DNA of 64,000 bases from a virus. The position numbers were made by a program, and so were the translations under genes. Positions 25,526-33,546 of this stretch are shown here, piece by piece (position 1 is the first letter of the stretch; every line of letters begins with the position of its first letter). The DNA lies in IMG/VR virus record IMGVR_UViG_3300027896_005002, positions 59,488-123,487 of that record, one strand, 5' to 3'. The notes beneath the pieces are model-generated. The model had not been told where the DNA came from. It was given only the letters and a program-made list of their open reading frames with translations, and did no database searches.

Positions 25526-27031
25526 TCATAGTTGTGTAACAAGTTGTTTAGAAATAATTTTTTTAATCATACGTCTAGTAATTTTATATTTTTTAATTAA
25601 TACTCCAATCTTAAAACCATTTTGATAATCATTAATTATATCATTGATTCTGAATGAAACATTTCTATCACACCATCTCTTTTTAATAAAATATCCACTA
25701 TTTTTTATACTAATATTATTATCTAAAAACAATTGTTTAACCTTTTTATTCAACACATTATATTTTCTACAAATTTTACTTAATGAATTATTATTTTTAT
25801 AATCATCAATTATTTGTTTTGCAAGATCACTTGTTATTATAGTTTTTATTTTGTAAAATCGTTTTATAGTATACTTTGTATTGTACTTAATAAATCTTTT
25901 TACTTGTGTTTGTGATACATTCCATAATTTTGCAAGTATAGCAAATGTTCCACGTTTATTAATATCAACTTTTTCAAGATCATTTAATCTATTTTGACGT
26001 AATTCATTTCTTATTTTTATAATTTTACTTATTTTTTCATTTTTTCTTTTAGTAATCTCTGCTAGATTATTAAGCGCTACCAACTGTTTATCAGTATATT
26101 GTGAAATTAAAACATCTCTTTTTTCAGATGATTTAAGAATAGATTTTATTTCTTGAAACTTATCTTTTGAATTATAACAAATTGCTCGCCAACAAATTCT
26201 AAATACCGTAATATTATTTAATTTAAGCAATGCATCTTTCTTTTTATCAATTTCCTGACGTCGCTTATATCTATAATGTTGTTGACCGTCAATTTCAATA
26301 GCTAATGATAATTTAGGAAAGAAAAAATCTACTCTATAAACAGAAAAAGGAAATTCAGTATAAAAATCATCATTAAGTTTATATCCTTCATTAATTAAAA
26401 ATTTAAAAAAAGTTTTCTCAGCATATGACTGATTGTCTTGTTTATACCAAGAATTAGCTCTATTTTCAGCATGCATTATTTTACATTTTTCAGACCACTT
26501 TTTTCTTGATTCATCTGACCACTTAAAAGTATATTTTTTATGAGCTAATTTCGATGCATCTGCGACAGATCGTCTATAACATTTTAATGCAAAATGTATG
26601 AGACCTGTATCAAAACCTTGATTATGTAATTCACGCGATGATAATCCAGAATCATATAGATTACGAATTTTTATAACATCATTATCTTCATAACATTTAT
26701 GTCGTTTATAATTACCACTATTAAATGATCTATTACATTTTTTACAAATAATTTTTTTATCACTAAAACTATTTATTGCTTTTTTCCTATATATTTTAGT
26801 ATGTGCAATTTTTAATGTATCACTAGCAGTTCTTTTCAAATCTTTTATACATCTATTTATTTGATTTCGTGTATAACCTATTTGAATTATATCTTTTATT
26901 AATAATCCAGAATTATACAAATCTCTAATTTTCTGTCTATCGTTCTCAGATATCTTACAATATTTCTTATGTGAAAAAAAACTTCCAGGATTCGTAAAAA
27001 AATTACCGCAATTCTCGCAACATAATTTCAT
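25526..27031 (-). CDS. homing-endonuclease-like protein: Zn finger, multiple HTH (NUMOD-like) repeats, DUF559/Vsr-like nuclease domain
   Basis: CENCGNFF, IRDLYNSGLLIKDI / IRNLYDSGLSSREL repeats; YRVDFFFPKLSLAIEIDGQQHY...DKKKDALLKLNNITVFRI. Confidence 0.6.
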   Translation of the reverse strand: MKLCCENCGNFFTNPGSFFSHKKYCKISENDRQKIRDLYNSGLLIKDIIQIGYTRNQINRCIKDLKRTASDTLKIAHTKIYRKKAINSFSDKKIICKKCNRSFNSGNYKRHKCYEDNDVIKIRNLYDSGLSSRELHNQGFDTGLIHFALKCYRRSVADASKLAHKKYTFKWSDESRKKWSEKCKIMHAENRANSWYKQDNQSYAEKTFFKFLINEGYKLNDDFYTEFPFSVYRVDFFFPKLSLAIEIDGQQHYRYKRRQEIDKKKDALLKLNNITVFRICWRAICYNSKDKFQEIKSILKSSEKRDVLISQYTDKQLVALNNLAEITKRKNEKISKIIKIRNELRQNRLNDLEKVDINKRGTFAILAKLWNVSQTQVKRFIKYNTKYTIKRFYKIKTIITSDLAKQIIDDYKNNNSLSKICRKYNVLNKKVKQLFLDNNISIKNSGYFIKKRWCDRNVSFRINDIINDYQNGFKIGVLIKKYKITRRMIKKIISKQLVTQL

Positions 27032-27215
27032 TATATTCTCCTTTTAGAATATAATAAATTATAAACAAAGAATTAATTCCAATTACATTACAACCGCTAT
27101 TCAAATGTAATAAGCAGACGGACAATATTAACAATTAAATAGTGATGTAAAAAAGTAATTAACCATAGGTCAAAAATTACTAATATATTTAGTTAAATCT
27201 TCAAAACTATAAAAT

Positions 27216-27302
27216 GGGCCGGGAAGGATTTGAACCTCCAGTGTTTAGCACATATGGCACTTGATCTACAGTCAAGCGGTTTCACCATTCACCCACCGAC
27301 CC
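27216..27302 (-). tRNA. tRNA-Tyr (anticodon GUA), class II
   Basis: acceptor gggtcgg/ccggccc, anticodon arm cttga-ctgtaga-tcaag, long variable arm tgccatatgtgctaaacact, T-arm ggagg-ttcaaat-ccttc. Confidence 0.7.
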
Positions 27303-27307
27303 TTAAT

Positions 27308-27568
27308 TCATTTTCTTATTACTTTCCATACCGGTGTTGGCTCATAACTTACCAGCTCACCATTACGCCAATAATATCGTGGATGAGGATCATAGAGAAA
27401 TTTAAAATCGCAAATGTTATAAGGATCATTGAATTTTCGATAAGCATTCCCATTCGGGACATCTTCAATTCTCCGAATAACTTTCGAATAATTTTTCTTC
27501 CAAAATTTTCTTTTACCAGCATTCTTATAACCATCTGTGAACCACGGCGCGCGATACGATCTGGACAT
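27308..27568 (-). CDS. hypothetical protein
   Basis: ORF track. Confidence 0.2.
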   Translation of the reverse strand: MSRSYRAPWFTDGYKNAGKRKFWKKNYSKVIRRIEDVPNGNAYRKFNDPYNICDFKFLYDPHPRYYWRNGELVSYEPTPVWKVIRK

Positions 27569-27634
27569 ACATTGCTCCTTGTAAAGGTGTTACAACATAT
27601 GTTCCTCCTTTGTTAATTATTTAATGTCTTTGGT

Positions 27635-27707
27635 GTGGGTGGTCGGACTTGAACCGGCAGCGTCTGACTTGGAAGGACAGCATTCTAGCCAATTGAATTA
27701 CACCCAC
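27635..27707 (-). tRNA. tRNA-Gly (anticodon UCC), slightly imperfect stems
   Basis: acceptor gtgggtg/cacccac, D-arm attc-aattggcta-gaat, anticodon arm ctgtc-cttccaa-gtcag (one U-U), T-loop ttcaagt. Confidence 0.55.
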
Positions 27708-27728
27708 GAATTTATCATCAATTTATAT

Positions 27729-27803
27729 TGGTAGCCCATAGCGGAATCGGACCGCTGAATCCTCATAGAAAGTGAGGTGTCTTAACCACTTGACGAATGG
27801 GCC
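27729..27803 (-). tRNA. tRNA-Glu (anticodon UUC), CCA encoded
   Basis: acceptor ggcccat/atgggct, anticodon arm cctca-ctttcta-tgagg, T-loop ttcgatt, aCCA. Confidence 0.65.
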
Positions 27804-27812
27804 GTGATAATC

Positions 27813-27890
27813 AGGAGCGAAGAGACTCGAACTCTCATTTTCAACCAAATTACAAGTATATGGTTTTGGAGACCACACTGTTACGCTCCT
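27813..27890 (-). tRNA. tRNA-like gene with good acceptor/T-arm but irregular anticodon region (undetermined)
   Basis: acceptor aggagcg/cgctcct, T-arm gagag-ttcgagt-ctctt; middle ccaaaaccatatacttgtaatttgg has no clean 5-bp/7-nt anticodon arm. Confidence 0.35.
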
Positions 27891-27899
27891 ACAAAATTT

Positions 27900-27971
27900 A
27901 GCGGGCAAGAGAATCGAACTCTCATTCGTGTGGTTATGAGCCACATCGAGGCACCACGCCTCGCCACCCGC
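27900..27971 (-). tRNA. tRNA-Met/Ile2-like (anticodon CAU) with imperfect acceptor/T pairing
   Basis: D-arm gagg-cgtggtg-cctc, anticodon arm tgtgg-ctcataa-ccaca, T-loop ttcgatt; acceptor gcgggtg vs tgcccgc needs two G-U. Confidence 0.45.
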
Positions 27972-27978
27972 GATAAAT

Positions 27979-28188
27979 TTATATAGTAGATCCATATGCT
28001 AAAACATCCATAAATTTCTGTCTGACTGCAATTTCAAAATCAGTCATTAACTGCTTATTTTCGTAAAAACATATTCGCAAACATGTTTTGATATTTTCTG
28101 GACAATCTGAAAAATATTCATGCACAAATTCATCAACTGTCAACGGTTCTGATATTTTATCAATTATTGTTTCAACAAATTTGTCCAT
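27979..28188 (-). CDS. hypothetical protein
   Basis: ORF track. Confidence 0.2.
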   Translation of the reverse strand: MDKFVETIIDKISEPLTVDEFVHEYFSDCPENIKTCLRICFYENKQLMTDFEIAVRQKFMDVLAYGSTI

Positions 28189-28275
28189 TTAAAACAACTC
28201 CTAACTTCCTGAAAATAAACTTGAATCATAATACTCTTAACTCTTCTACAATAATCTAATTGACTATTTAACTAT

Positions 28276-28701
28276 ATGAAACATTCTCCTCATCATTTAC
28301 TACAAGAAAGACTTTACAAAAGACCTTGGCGTCTACTAATCGGCTGCATCATGCTAAACCTCACCACAAGATCTCAAGTTGATAAAGTAATCTACAAGTT
28401 CTTCAAATTATGTCCTAAACCACAAGATGCCATCAAAATTCCTAAAAGACGATTAATAAGACTATTAAAACCTCTCGGCCTCGTCAATAGACGAGTTAAC
28501 ACCATTAAAAACTTCTCAAAAGACTTTATCGAAAAAAGTTGGACATATCCAATAGAACTTTACGGTATTGGAAAATATGCCAATGATAGTTATTTGCTTT
28601 TCTGTGCAGATGTGTGGAAGAATGTCCGACCGACAGATAAAGCATTAAAACTTTATATTAAATGGCGGAGGAGACAGGAGTTGAACCTGCATGTCTGTTA
28701 A
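28276..28701 (+). CDS. HhH-GPD DNA glycosylase, MBD4 glycosylase-domain-like
   Basis: RPWRLLIGCIMLNLTT...LLKPLGL...YPIELYGIGKYANDSYLLFC closely parallels the MBD4 catalytic domain (DPWKLLIATIFLNRTS...LLKPLGLY...[20 protein letters not shown]); 3' end overlaps tRNA-Ser. Confidence 0.5.
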   Translation: MKHSPHHLLQERLYKRPWRLLIGCIMLNLTTRSQVDKVIYKFFKLCPKPQDAIKIPKRRLIRLLKPLGLVNRRVNTIKNFSKDFIEKSWTYPIELYGIGKYANDSYLLFCADVWKNVRPTDKALKLYIKWRRRQELNLHVC

Positions 28702-28748
28702 GACGATGGTTTTCGAAACCATTGCTCTAGCCATTAAGCGACTCCTCC
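28663..28748 (-). tRNA. tRNA-Ser (anticodon CGA), class II, CCA encoded
   Basis: acceptor ggaggag/ctcctcc-g-CCA, anticodon arm atggt-ttcgaaa-accat, long variable arm gtcttaacagac, T-loop ttcaact. Confidence 0.7.
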
Positions 28749-28755
28749 GAAAAAA

Positions 28756-28831
28756 TGGCGGAGCGTACGGGAATTGAACCCGTTTCCACGGTTTGACAAA
28801 CCGTAATTCTAAGCCATTAAACTAACGCTCC
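28756..28831 (-). tRNA. tRNA-Asp (anticodon GUC), CCA encoded
   Basis: acceptor ggagcgt/acgctcc-g-CCA, anticodon arm acggt-ttgtcaa-accgt, T-arm acggg-ttcaatt-cccgt. Confidence 0.75.
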
Positions 28832-28837
28832 ATATAA

Positions 28838-28924
28838 TGGCGGAGGGTGAGGGACTTGAACCCCCAGGTCCTTTCGGATCCGCTTTTCAAGAGCGACACG
28901 CTACCAATTACGCTCTAACCCTCC
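28838..28924 (-). tRNA. tRNA-Ser (anticodon UGA), class II, CCA encoded
   Basis: acceptor ggagggt/accctcc-g-CCA, anticodon arm tcgct-cttgaaa-agcgg, variable arm tcc-gaaa-gga, T-arm ggggg-ttcaagt-ccctc. Confidence 0.7.
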
Positions 28925-28929
28925 ATAAT

Positions 28930-30045
28930 TTAATTATATTCTCTTATAAAACAATTCTCATTATAAAAATTCAACATATACTTTTTCATCCATTTACTTA
29001 CTTTTTGATGTTTTATTCCTATCAATTCTGCTACTTTAGAAACCCAACCGAATTTAGAAAAACTAATTTTAGATTGTAAAATAGCATTAATTTTACTTTC
29101 AATATTTATTTGTTTTATTAATTTTTTATTTTCTCGTTTTAATTTTCTTTGATTGATTCGTTGATTTTGTTTTTTTACTTTCTGATTCATAATATTTTTA
29201 ATGCCAACAGTATATTCATATTCAAACACTTTTCCATTTTTATTAAATTCCTTTATTTTAGTCAATAAAGATTTTATATCAAATCCTCGTCTATTTAAAT
29301 ATTTTTTAATTTCTTTTATTGTTGTTCTAGTAACTAATCTAATTATATAACCATTTGATCTAAATGCTTGTAATTGATTATTACACTCGTCTGTCAATTG
29401 TCCTTTTACTTCATAAATTTTTCCATTTATTTCAAAATCATTTCTATATGTACGATCATTATATTGAACGGTTATATTCTCATAATTAAAATTAATATTC
29501 TTCTTTGCTAAAAATAATGCAAAAATAAACTCGTATGAACTTCTTAAAAAAAACTTTTTATTATTATAATAAAAATAGCATCTTTTAAATTTATTTGATA
29601 TTGGCGGCTGTCTTTTACCTTCTTTATATAATCTTTTTAATGTTTCAGAAAGCTTTAAATTCGCTGCTTTATTTTTCTTATCATCTTGTCGCCAATTTAA
29701 TAATGGATTATCTGTATTAGAATTGTACGAGTTCCATCTATCCTTCATTCTTATTTTCATAGTTTCAGCCATCTTCATAATTGAAGGATGTGTTTCTTTT
29801 GTTAACCCTTTTAACCACGGTTTACTATGATCAAATCTATCACCGGGTCTAACATCTATGCCCTGTTGTTTTAATCTACAATAATAAACATGACCACCAA
29901 CTTGTGATCCTTTTTCAAATTGTCTTCCACAAATTTCACAACTGAACATAAAATCCTCCTTTTTAATAGGAAGATTTATAAACAGAATAGAAATTCGCAT
30001 GTCTACCAAATATAATAAATTGCGCGCGATGAGATTCGAACTCAT
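28930..30045 (-). CDS. homing-endonuclease-like protein (C2H2-type Zn finger + putative PD-(D/E)XK nuclease domain)
   Basis: CEICGRQFEKGSQVGGHVYYC Zn finger; NDRTYRNDFEINGKIYEVKGQ resembles D...E.K nuclease core; sits between tRNA clusters like the other HE genes. Confidence 0.4.
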   Translation of the reverse strand: MSSNLIARNLLYLVDMRISILFINLPIKKEDFMFSCEICGRQFEKGSQVGGHVYYCRLKQQGIDVRPGDRFDHSKPWLKGLTKETHPSIMKMAETMKIRMKDRWNSYNSNTDNPLLNWRQDDKKNKAANLKLSETLKRLYKEGKRQPPISNKFKRCYFYYNNKKFFLRSSYEFIFALFLAKKNINFNYENITVQYNDRTYRNDFEINGKIYEVKGQLTDECNNQLQAFRSNGYIIRLVTRTTIKEIKKYLNRRGFDIKSLLTKIKEFNKNGKVFEYEYTVGIKNIMNQKVKKQNQRINQRKLKRENKKLIKQINIESKINAILQSKISFSKFGWVSKVAELIGIKHQKVSKWMKKYMLNFYNENCFIREYN

Positions 30046-30094
30046 ACCTGCTGATTTCTAAGACCAGTGCATCTACCAATTGTGCAACGCGCGC
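30021..30094 (-). tRNA. class I (short variable arm) tRNA with Leu anticodon UAG
   Basis: acceptor gcgcgcg/cgcgcgc, anticodon arm ctggt-cttagaa-atcag, 5-nt variable caggt, T-arm atgag-ttcgaat-ctcat. Confidence 0.55.
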
Positions 30095-30105
30095 ATAAAA
30101 TTAAA

Positions 30106-30180
30106 TGGGAATGATAGGATTCGAACCTACAAACATCTAAATTTTGAATTTAGCGACTCTACCAATTGGTCTACATTCCC
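30106..30180 (-). tRNA. class I tRNA with Leu anticodon CAA
   Basis: acceptor gggaatg/cattccc, D-arm gac-caattggtaga-gtc, anticodon arm ctaaa-ttcaaaa-tttag, short variable, T-arm gtagg-ttcgaat-cctat. Confidence 0.55.
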
Positions 30181-30307
30181 AAAAATTGTCTTTATTGAAT
30201 GTTCTTAATAACTTCATGTCGTAATTGGATTTTAACCAATGTCTTTAGACAAAATGTGCTGACTTATTGCACCATACGACATTGCCGATAATTTCAAAGA
30301 ACAACTT

Positions 30308-30385
30308 ACTTAATTTGGGGTGACGGAAGGGATTTGAACCCTCGATCTTCAGAGTCACGATCTGACGCCTTAGACCAGACTGGGC
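30308..30385 (-). tRNA. tRNA-His-like (anticodon GUG), atypical long D-loop and C33
   Basis: acceptor ggtggcg/cgtcacc, anticodon arm tcaga-tcgtgac-tctga, T-arm gaggg-ttcaaat-ccctt. Confidence 0.4.
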
Positions 30386-30401
30386 TACCGCCACCATAAC
30401 T

Positions 30402-30767
30402 TTATGCTATTACAAGTTTTCTTTCGGGCCATAATACTTTTTGTGTTTGTTTTTTCTGTTGGCCCCATTTAATTCTTAACTCAGATTCTATGTCAATAAC
30501 ATCGACTATTTTTCCGTCTTTTAGATATTTTCGAAGACCTCCAGTTCTTGGAGGAAGTTTTTGGATGTTTTCTATTAGTGTTAAGTCAACTTTTATTCTA
30601 CTAATATCAGTTTTGATATCCAAACTGTCAATTATTTCACCATTTTTCAATTCAATAATTTCATCGTTTGGTTGCCAGAAATCCGTTTCCTCATTAGGAT
30701 CATCTCTTCGTAAATAAAACCCATTTGGCATCAATTTCAATTCATCGTATGAATATTGTTTGAACAT
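30402..30767 (-). CDS. hypothetical protein
   Basis: ORF track. Confidence 0.2.
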   Translation of the reverse strand: MFKQYSYDELKLMPNGFYLRRDDPNEETDFWQPNDEIIELKNGEIIDSLDIKTDISRIKVDLTLIENIQKLPPRTGGLRKYLKDGKIVDVIDIESELRIKWGQQKKQTQKVLWPERKLVIA

Positions 30768-30786
30768 GATGTCCTCCTTATTTATA

Positions 30787-30859
30787 TGGGCTCGACTGGA
30801 TTTGAACCAGTAATCTTCCGCTTAAGAGGCGGTAGCTTTAACCATTAAGCTACGAACCC
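30787..30859 (-). tRNA. tRNA-Lys (anticodon CUU)
   Basis: acceptor gggttcg/cgagccc, D-arm agcttaatggttaaagct, anticodon arm (a)ccgc-ctcttaa-gcgg(a), T-arm ctggt-tcaaatc-cag. Confidence 0.6.
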
Positions 30860-30875
30860 TTGTTTTTAAAATTTA

Positions 30876-30947
30876 TGGGTCCGACCGGATTCGGACCGAT
30901 ACAGATAGATTAAAAATCTACTATGCTACCAGTTAACATCACGGACC
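30876..30947 (-). tRNA. tRNA-Lys (anticodon UUU)
   Basis: acceptor gggtccg/cggaccc, anticodon arm gtaga-tttttaa-tctat (G-U closing), T-arm atcgg-tccgaat-ccggt. Confidence 0.5.
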
Positions 30948-31030
30948 CTAATTTGTCTCGTTTGCCAGATTTGTCACTGTCCATTAGGACCCGCCTTTGT
31001 TAAGTTTTCGTTAAGTATCTAAAATAAAAA

Positions 31031-31062
31031 AAGCCCCGTAAGTTTCCTCCGGGGCTTTTAAA
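31031..31062. terminator. bidirectional rho-independent terminator
   Basis: aaaaaa-gccccg-taagtttcctc-cggggc-tttt. Confidence 0.6.
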
Positions 31063-31305
31063 ATTCGTATTTTTCTGTACGCTTATTTAAAAACCCCGTT
31101 GTGTCCTGTTTTATCATAGCCTTCTTTTCCTTCGAGCAGCCATGATGATAAGGACAACCCTAGCACAGCATGCTTTATCGTATGCTTCAATGATATGCTT
31201 ATGTAGAGTTGTGAGGTTTGCATTACTTTCTCCGTTTTAATTAATATAATAAAAAATTATCTAAATGTACAATAATTCTTTATTATAAATAGATTAATCA
31301 GTCAA

Positions 31306-31629
31306 TTATCGTAGATTGGCCAATTTTGTTTTTTCTTCTTCCGAAAATGGACAGACACACTTTGACCATGATCTCAATGAACCTATTTTGTGTGAATCTC
31401 CAGAAAAAACCTTTTTATGTTCTCCACAAGTATGCCATGTATGACCGTTCTTGCAATGCTTCTCGCCAAGACGGCATCTACATGTCATATTAGTATGGAT
31501 ACCACAAATTGGGCAATTACTATGATCTTTTAGATAATTAGGATGAATAGATAATACTTCACCGTTACTAGCAATATCTTGATTTGCAAATTTTAAAAAT
31601 TCAGATTGAATAGTAGCTAAATGTTTCAT
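31306..31629 (-). CDS. MKHLATIQ-family protein 1: conserved N-terminal module + Cys/His-rich Zn-binding C-terminus
   Basis: MKHLATIQSEFLKFA...; CPICGIH...CRCRLGEKHCKNGHTWHTCGEH. Confidence 0.5.
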   Translation of the reverse strand: MKHLATIQSEFLKFANQDIASNGEVLSIHPNYLKDHSNCPICGIHTNMTCRCRLGEKHCKNGHTWHTCGEHKKVFSGDSHKIGSLRSWSKCVCPFSEEEKTKLANLR

Positions 31630-31880
31630 TAATTTTGTCCTTCAGTATATGTAAGACATAATTTGCCACGTTTTAAATCTTTAATGTCTGTTTGGAATAG
31701 ATAGCATTTATCTTGATTTTGACTTAGATGTTTGCAATCAAGACCGCAGTCATTGTATCCTGGTAATTTCTCATCACCAACTATGACGTCTTCAACAGGA
31801 AAAAATCTACCTTGAGGTTTTAAAGCTATTTTTGAAAATTCAGTTTGAATAGTTGTTATGTGTTTCATAATTGTACTCAT
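31629..31880 (-). CDS. MKH(I/L)xTIQ-family protein 2 (motif after 4 residues)
   Basis: MSTIMKHITTIQTEFSKIAL... Confidence 0.45.
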   Translation of the reverse strand: MSTIMKHITTIQTEFSKIALKPQGRFFPVEDVIVGDEKLPGYNDCGLDCKHLSQNQDKCYLFQTDIKDLKRGKLCLTYTEGQN

Positions 31881-33016
31881 TTCTTATTTGGATCTTTATT
31901 TTTTAAATGAGAGTAGTTATTATATCCAATAGTATCGTTTAAAAATAAATCTGCAATTTCATCAAAATCTGATAATTTAAATCTATTATTAAGTACTTTT
32001 TCTACTATTTCAGACCGTTTAAATGGATATTTATCTAAAAATGTTTGAAGTCTATCAACTTTTTCCTGTTCTTTATTTAATTCTTCAGGTGAACGCTGAC
32101 CTTGTTCAATATAATGTTTTAAATTATTTTTTCTCCAAGAACTCCAATCAGAAATTGTACTTTTAATATCTTGAAATAATGTCGCAATATTTTTAGCAAA
32201 TTTAATTTTTTGTTTTTCCAAATGTTCTTTTAACCGTTGTTCTTTCCTTTGTTGTTTTTCTAATTTTTCTTGTTCATTTATTTTTTGCCTAACAACATTT
32301 CTGGGTACTTCAGGCGATGATAAATTAATAATATAACGGTAATGCCAAACTTGAATGTTATATCCACCGGCTGTAATTGCTTTAGTATTAAAATTCCATT
32401 GTCTGTCTTGGTCATCAATTAAATTTGCTGATATTTCAAAACCATTTGAACCTTTGCTTATATTAATATTTTTAATATCAACAAATTCATCAGTAATATA
32501 TTTTTGAAGAGCTCTTGATAATTTGCTTATATTATATTCATGTATCATTTCCTTTAAATTTGTATAAAAACGATTTTTAGATTCATTACTTAATTGTTTA
32601 TCATTAAGTGATGGTCTAAACTTATAAGTATCTTTATTAACATATACTCTGCTTAAAAAATTAATAAGATCAGGATTATTTCTAGAATATTGTCTTACAA
32701 ATTCATCAAATGATATATTGTTTGTTTGTTTATTTTTAGCATCTTCAAATTGTTCGAGTTTATTATTGTAATAATTTACAGCTTGTTCTTGTAAATCATT
32801 AATTAATGGTTCACATATAGAAAATACTTTCTTTTGAATATTTGTTAAATGATTTGTTTCGTTCTTTAATTCAGGAGTATTTTCAGATTTTGTTGTAATC
32901 TTTCTTTTCGATTTTGGGTGACGTAATAAATAACCTTTTTGATTTTCTAAAGACAAGTCTTCCCATTTGATTGCTTTTTTTAAAAATTCAGTTTGTATAA
33001 TTGCTAAATGTTTCAT
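31877..33016 (-). CDS. MKHLATIQ-family protein 3 (379 aa)
   Basis: MKHLAIIQTEFLKKAIKWEDLSLENQKGYLLRHPKSKRKITTK. Confidence 0.5.
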   Translation of the reverse strand: MKHLAIIQTEFLKKAIKWEDLSLENQKGYLLRHPKSKRKITTKSENTPELKNETNHLTNIQKKVFSICEPLINDLQEQAVNYYNNKLEQFEDAKNKQTNNISFDEFVRQYSRNNPDLINFLSRVYVNKDTYKFRPSLNDKQLSNESKNRFYTNLKEMIHEYNISKLSRALQKYITDEFVDIKNINISKGSNGFEISANLIDDQDRQWNFNTKAITAGGYNIQVWHYRYIINLSSPEVPRNVVRQKINEQEKLEKQQRKEQRLKEHLEKQKIKFAKNIATLFQDIKSTISDWSSWRKNNLKHYIEQGQRSPEELNKEQEKVDRLQTFLDKYPFKRSEIVEKVLNNRFKLSDFDEIADLFLNDTIGYNNYSHLKNKDPNKK

Positions 33017-33546
33017 TATTTAAAATTTTCCCATGATTCTTTTAATCCATGAAGTATTGGATGAAAATGATTTTTTAGCATTTCAGAGTAAGCTGAGTCT
33101 TTTGTCCATTTGTCATGAATTACTCGATATCGACCTATAATTAGACCTGTTCGGTCTTGGCCATGAGTACAATGGACAAGGATTCCTACACCAGATTCTA
33201 TAATTTGTTCAGCTGTGTCTAACTTTTTTGTATCTGGACGGACAAAAGATTTTGCTATATTATCAAATAGATTTTTGTCGCCTTCAGGTTGAATGCTTAA
33301 TGTATGTATTTTCATGCCGATAGATGAAGCAATACTGTCACTACCTTCAGTTGTAAAGTTGAGTTTTACAATTTGTGTTATTCCAAGACTTTTTAGGTAT
33401 TGCCATTGATCAATTGCAGTTGGTTGACCTGATCTCCAAACATTAGTATCAACTTTGACAAGATTGGGAATTCCATGCGTATATACTGTTGGCGAACAAG
33501 AAAATAGTAATAGTAGTATTAGATATTTCATAATTGTCCTTGCCAT
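33016..33546 (-). CDS. lipoprotein-type dual-specificity/tyrosine phosphatase embedded in the MKHL array
   Basis: Signal peptide + lipobox LLLFSCS; catalytic loop VHCTHGQDRTG (HCx5R). Confidence 0.55.
   Translation of the reverse strand: MARTIMKYLILLLLFSCSPTVYTHGIPNLVKVDTNVWRSGQPTAIDQWQYLKSLGITQIVKLNFTTEGSDSIASSIGMKIHTLSIQPEGDKNLFDNIAKSFVRPDTKKLDTAEQIIESGVGILVHCTHGQDRTGLIIGRYRVIHDKWTKDSAYSEMLKNHFHPILHGLKESWENFK

Noticed and set aside
30876-30947. Alternative fold of this tRNA giving anticodon UUA (ochre suppressor)
   Set aside because: That register needs a 5- or 6-nt anticodon loop. The 7-nt-loop fold, with a G-U closing pair, gives UUU (Lys), which is far more plausible.
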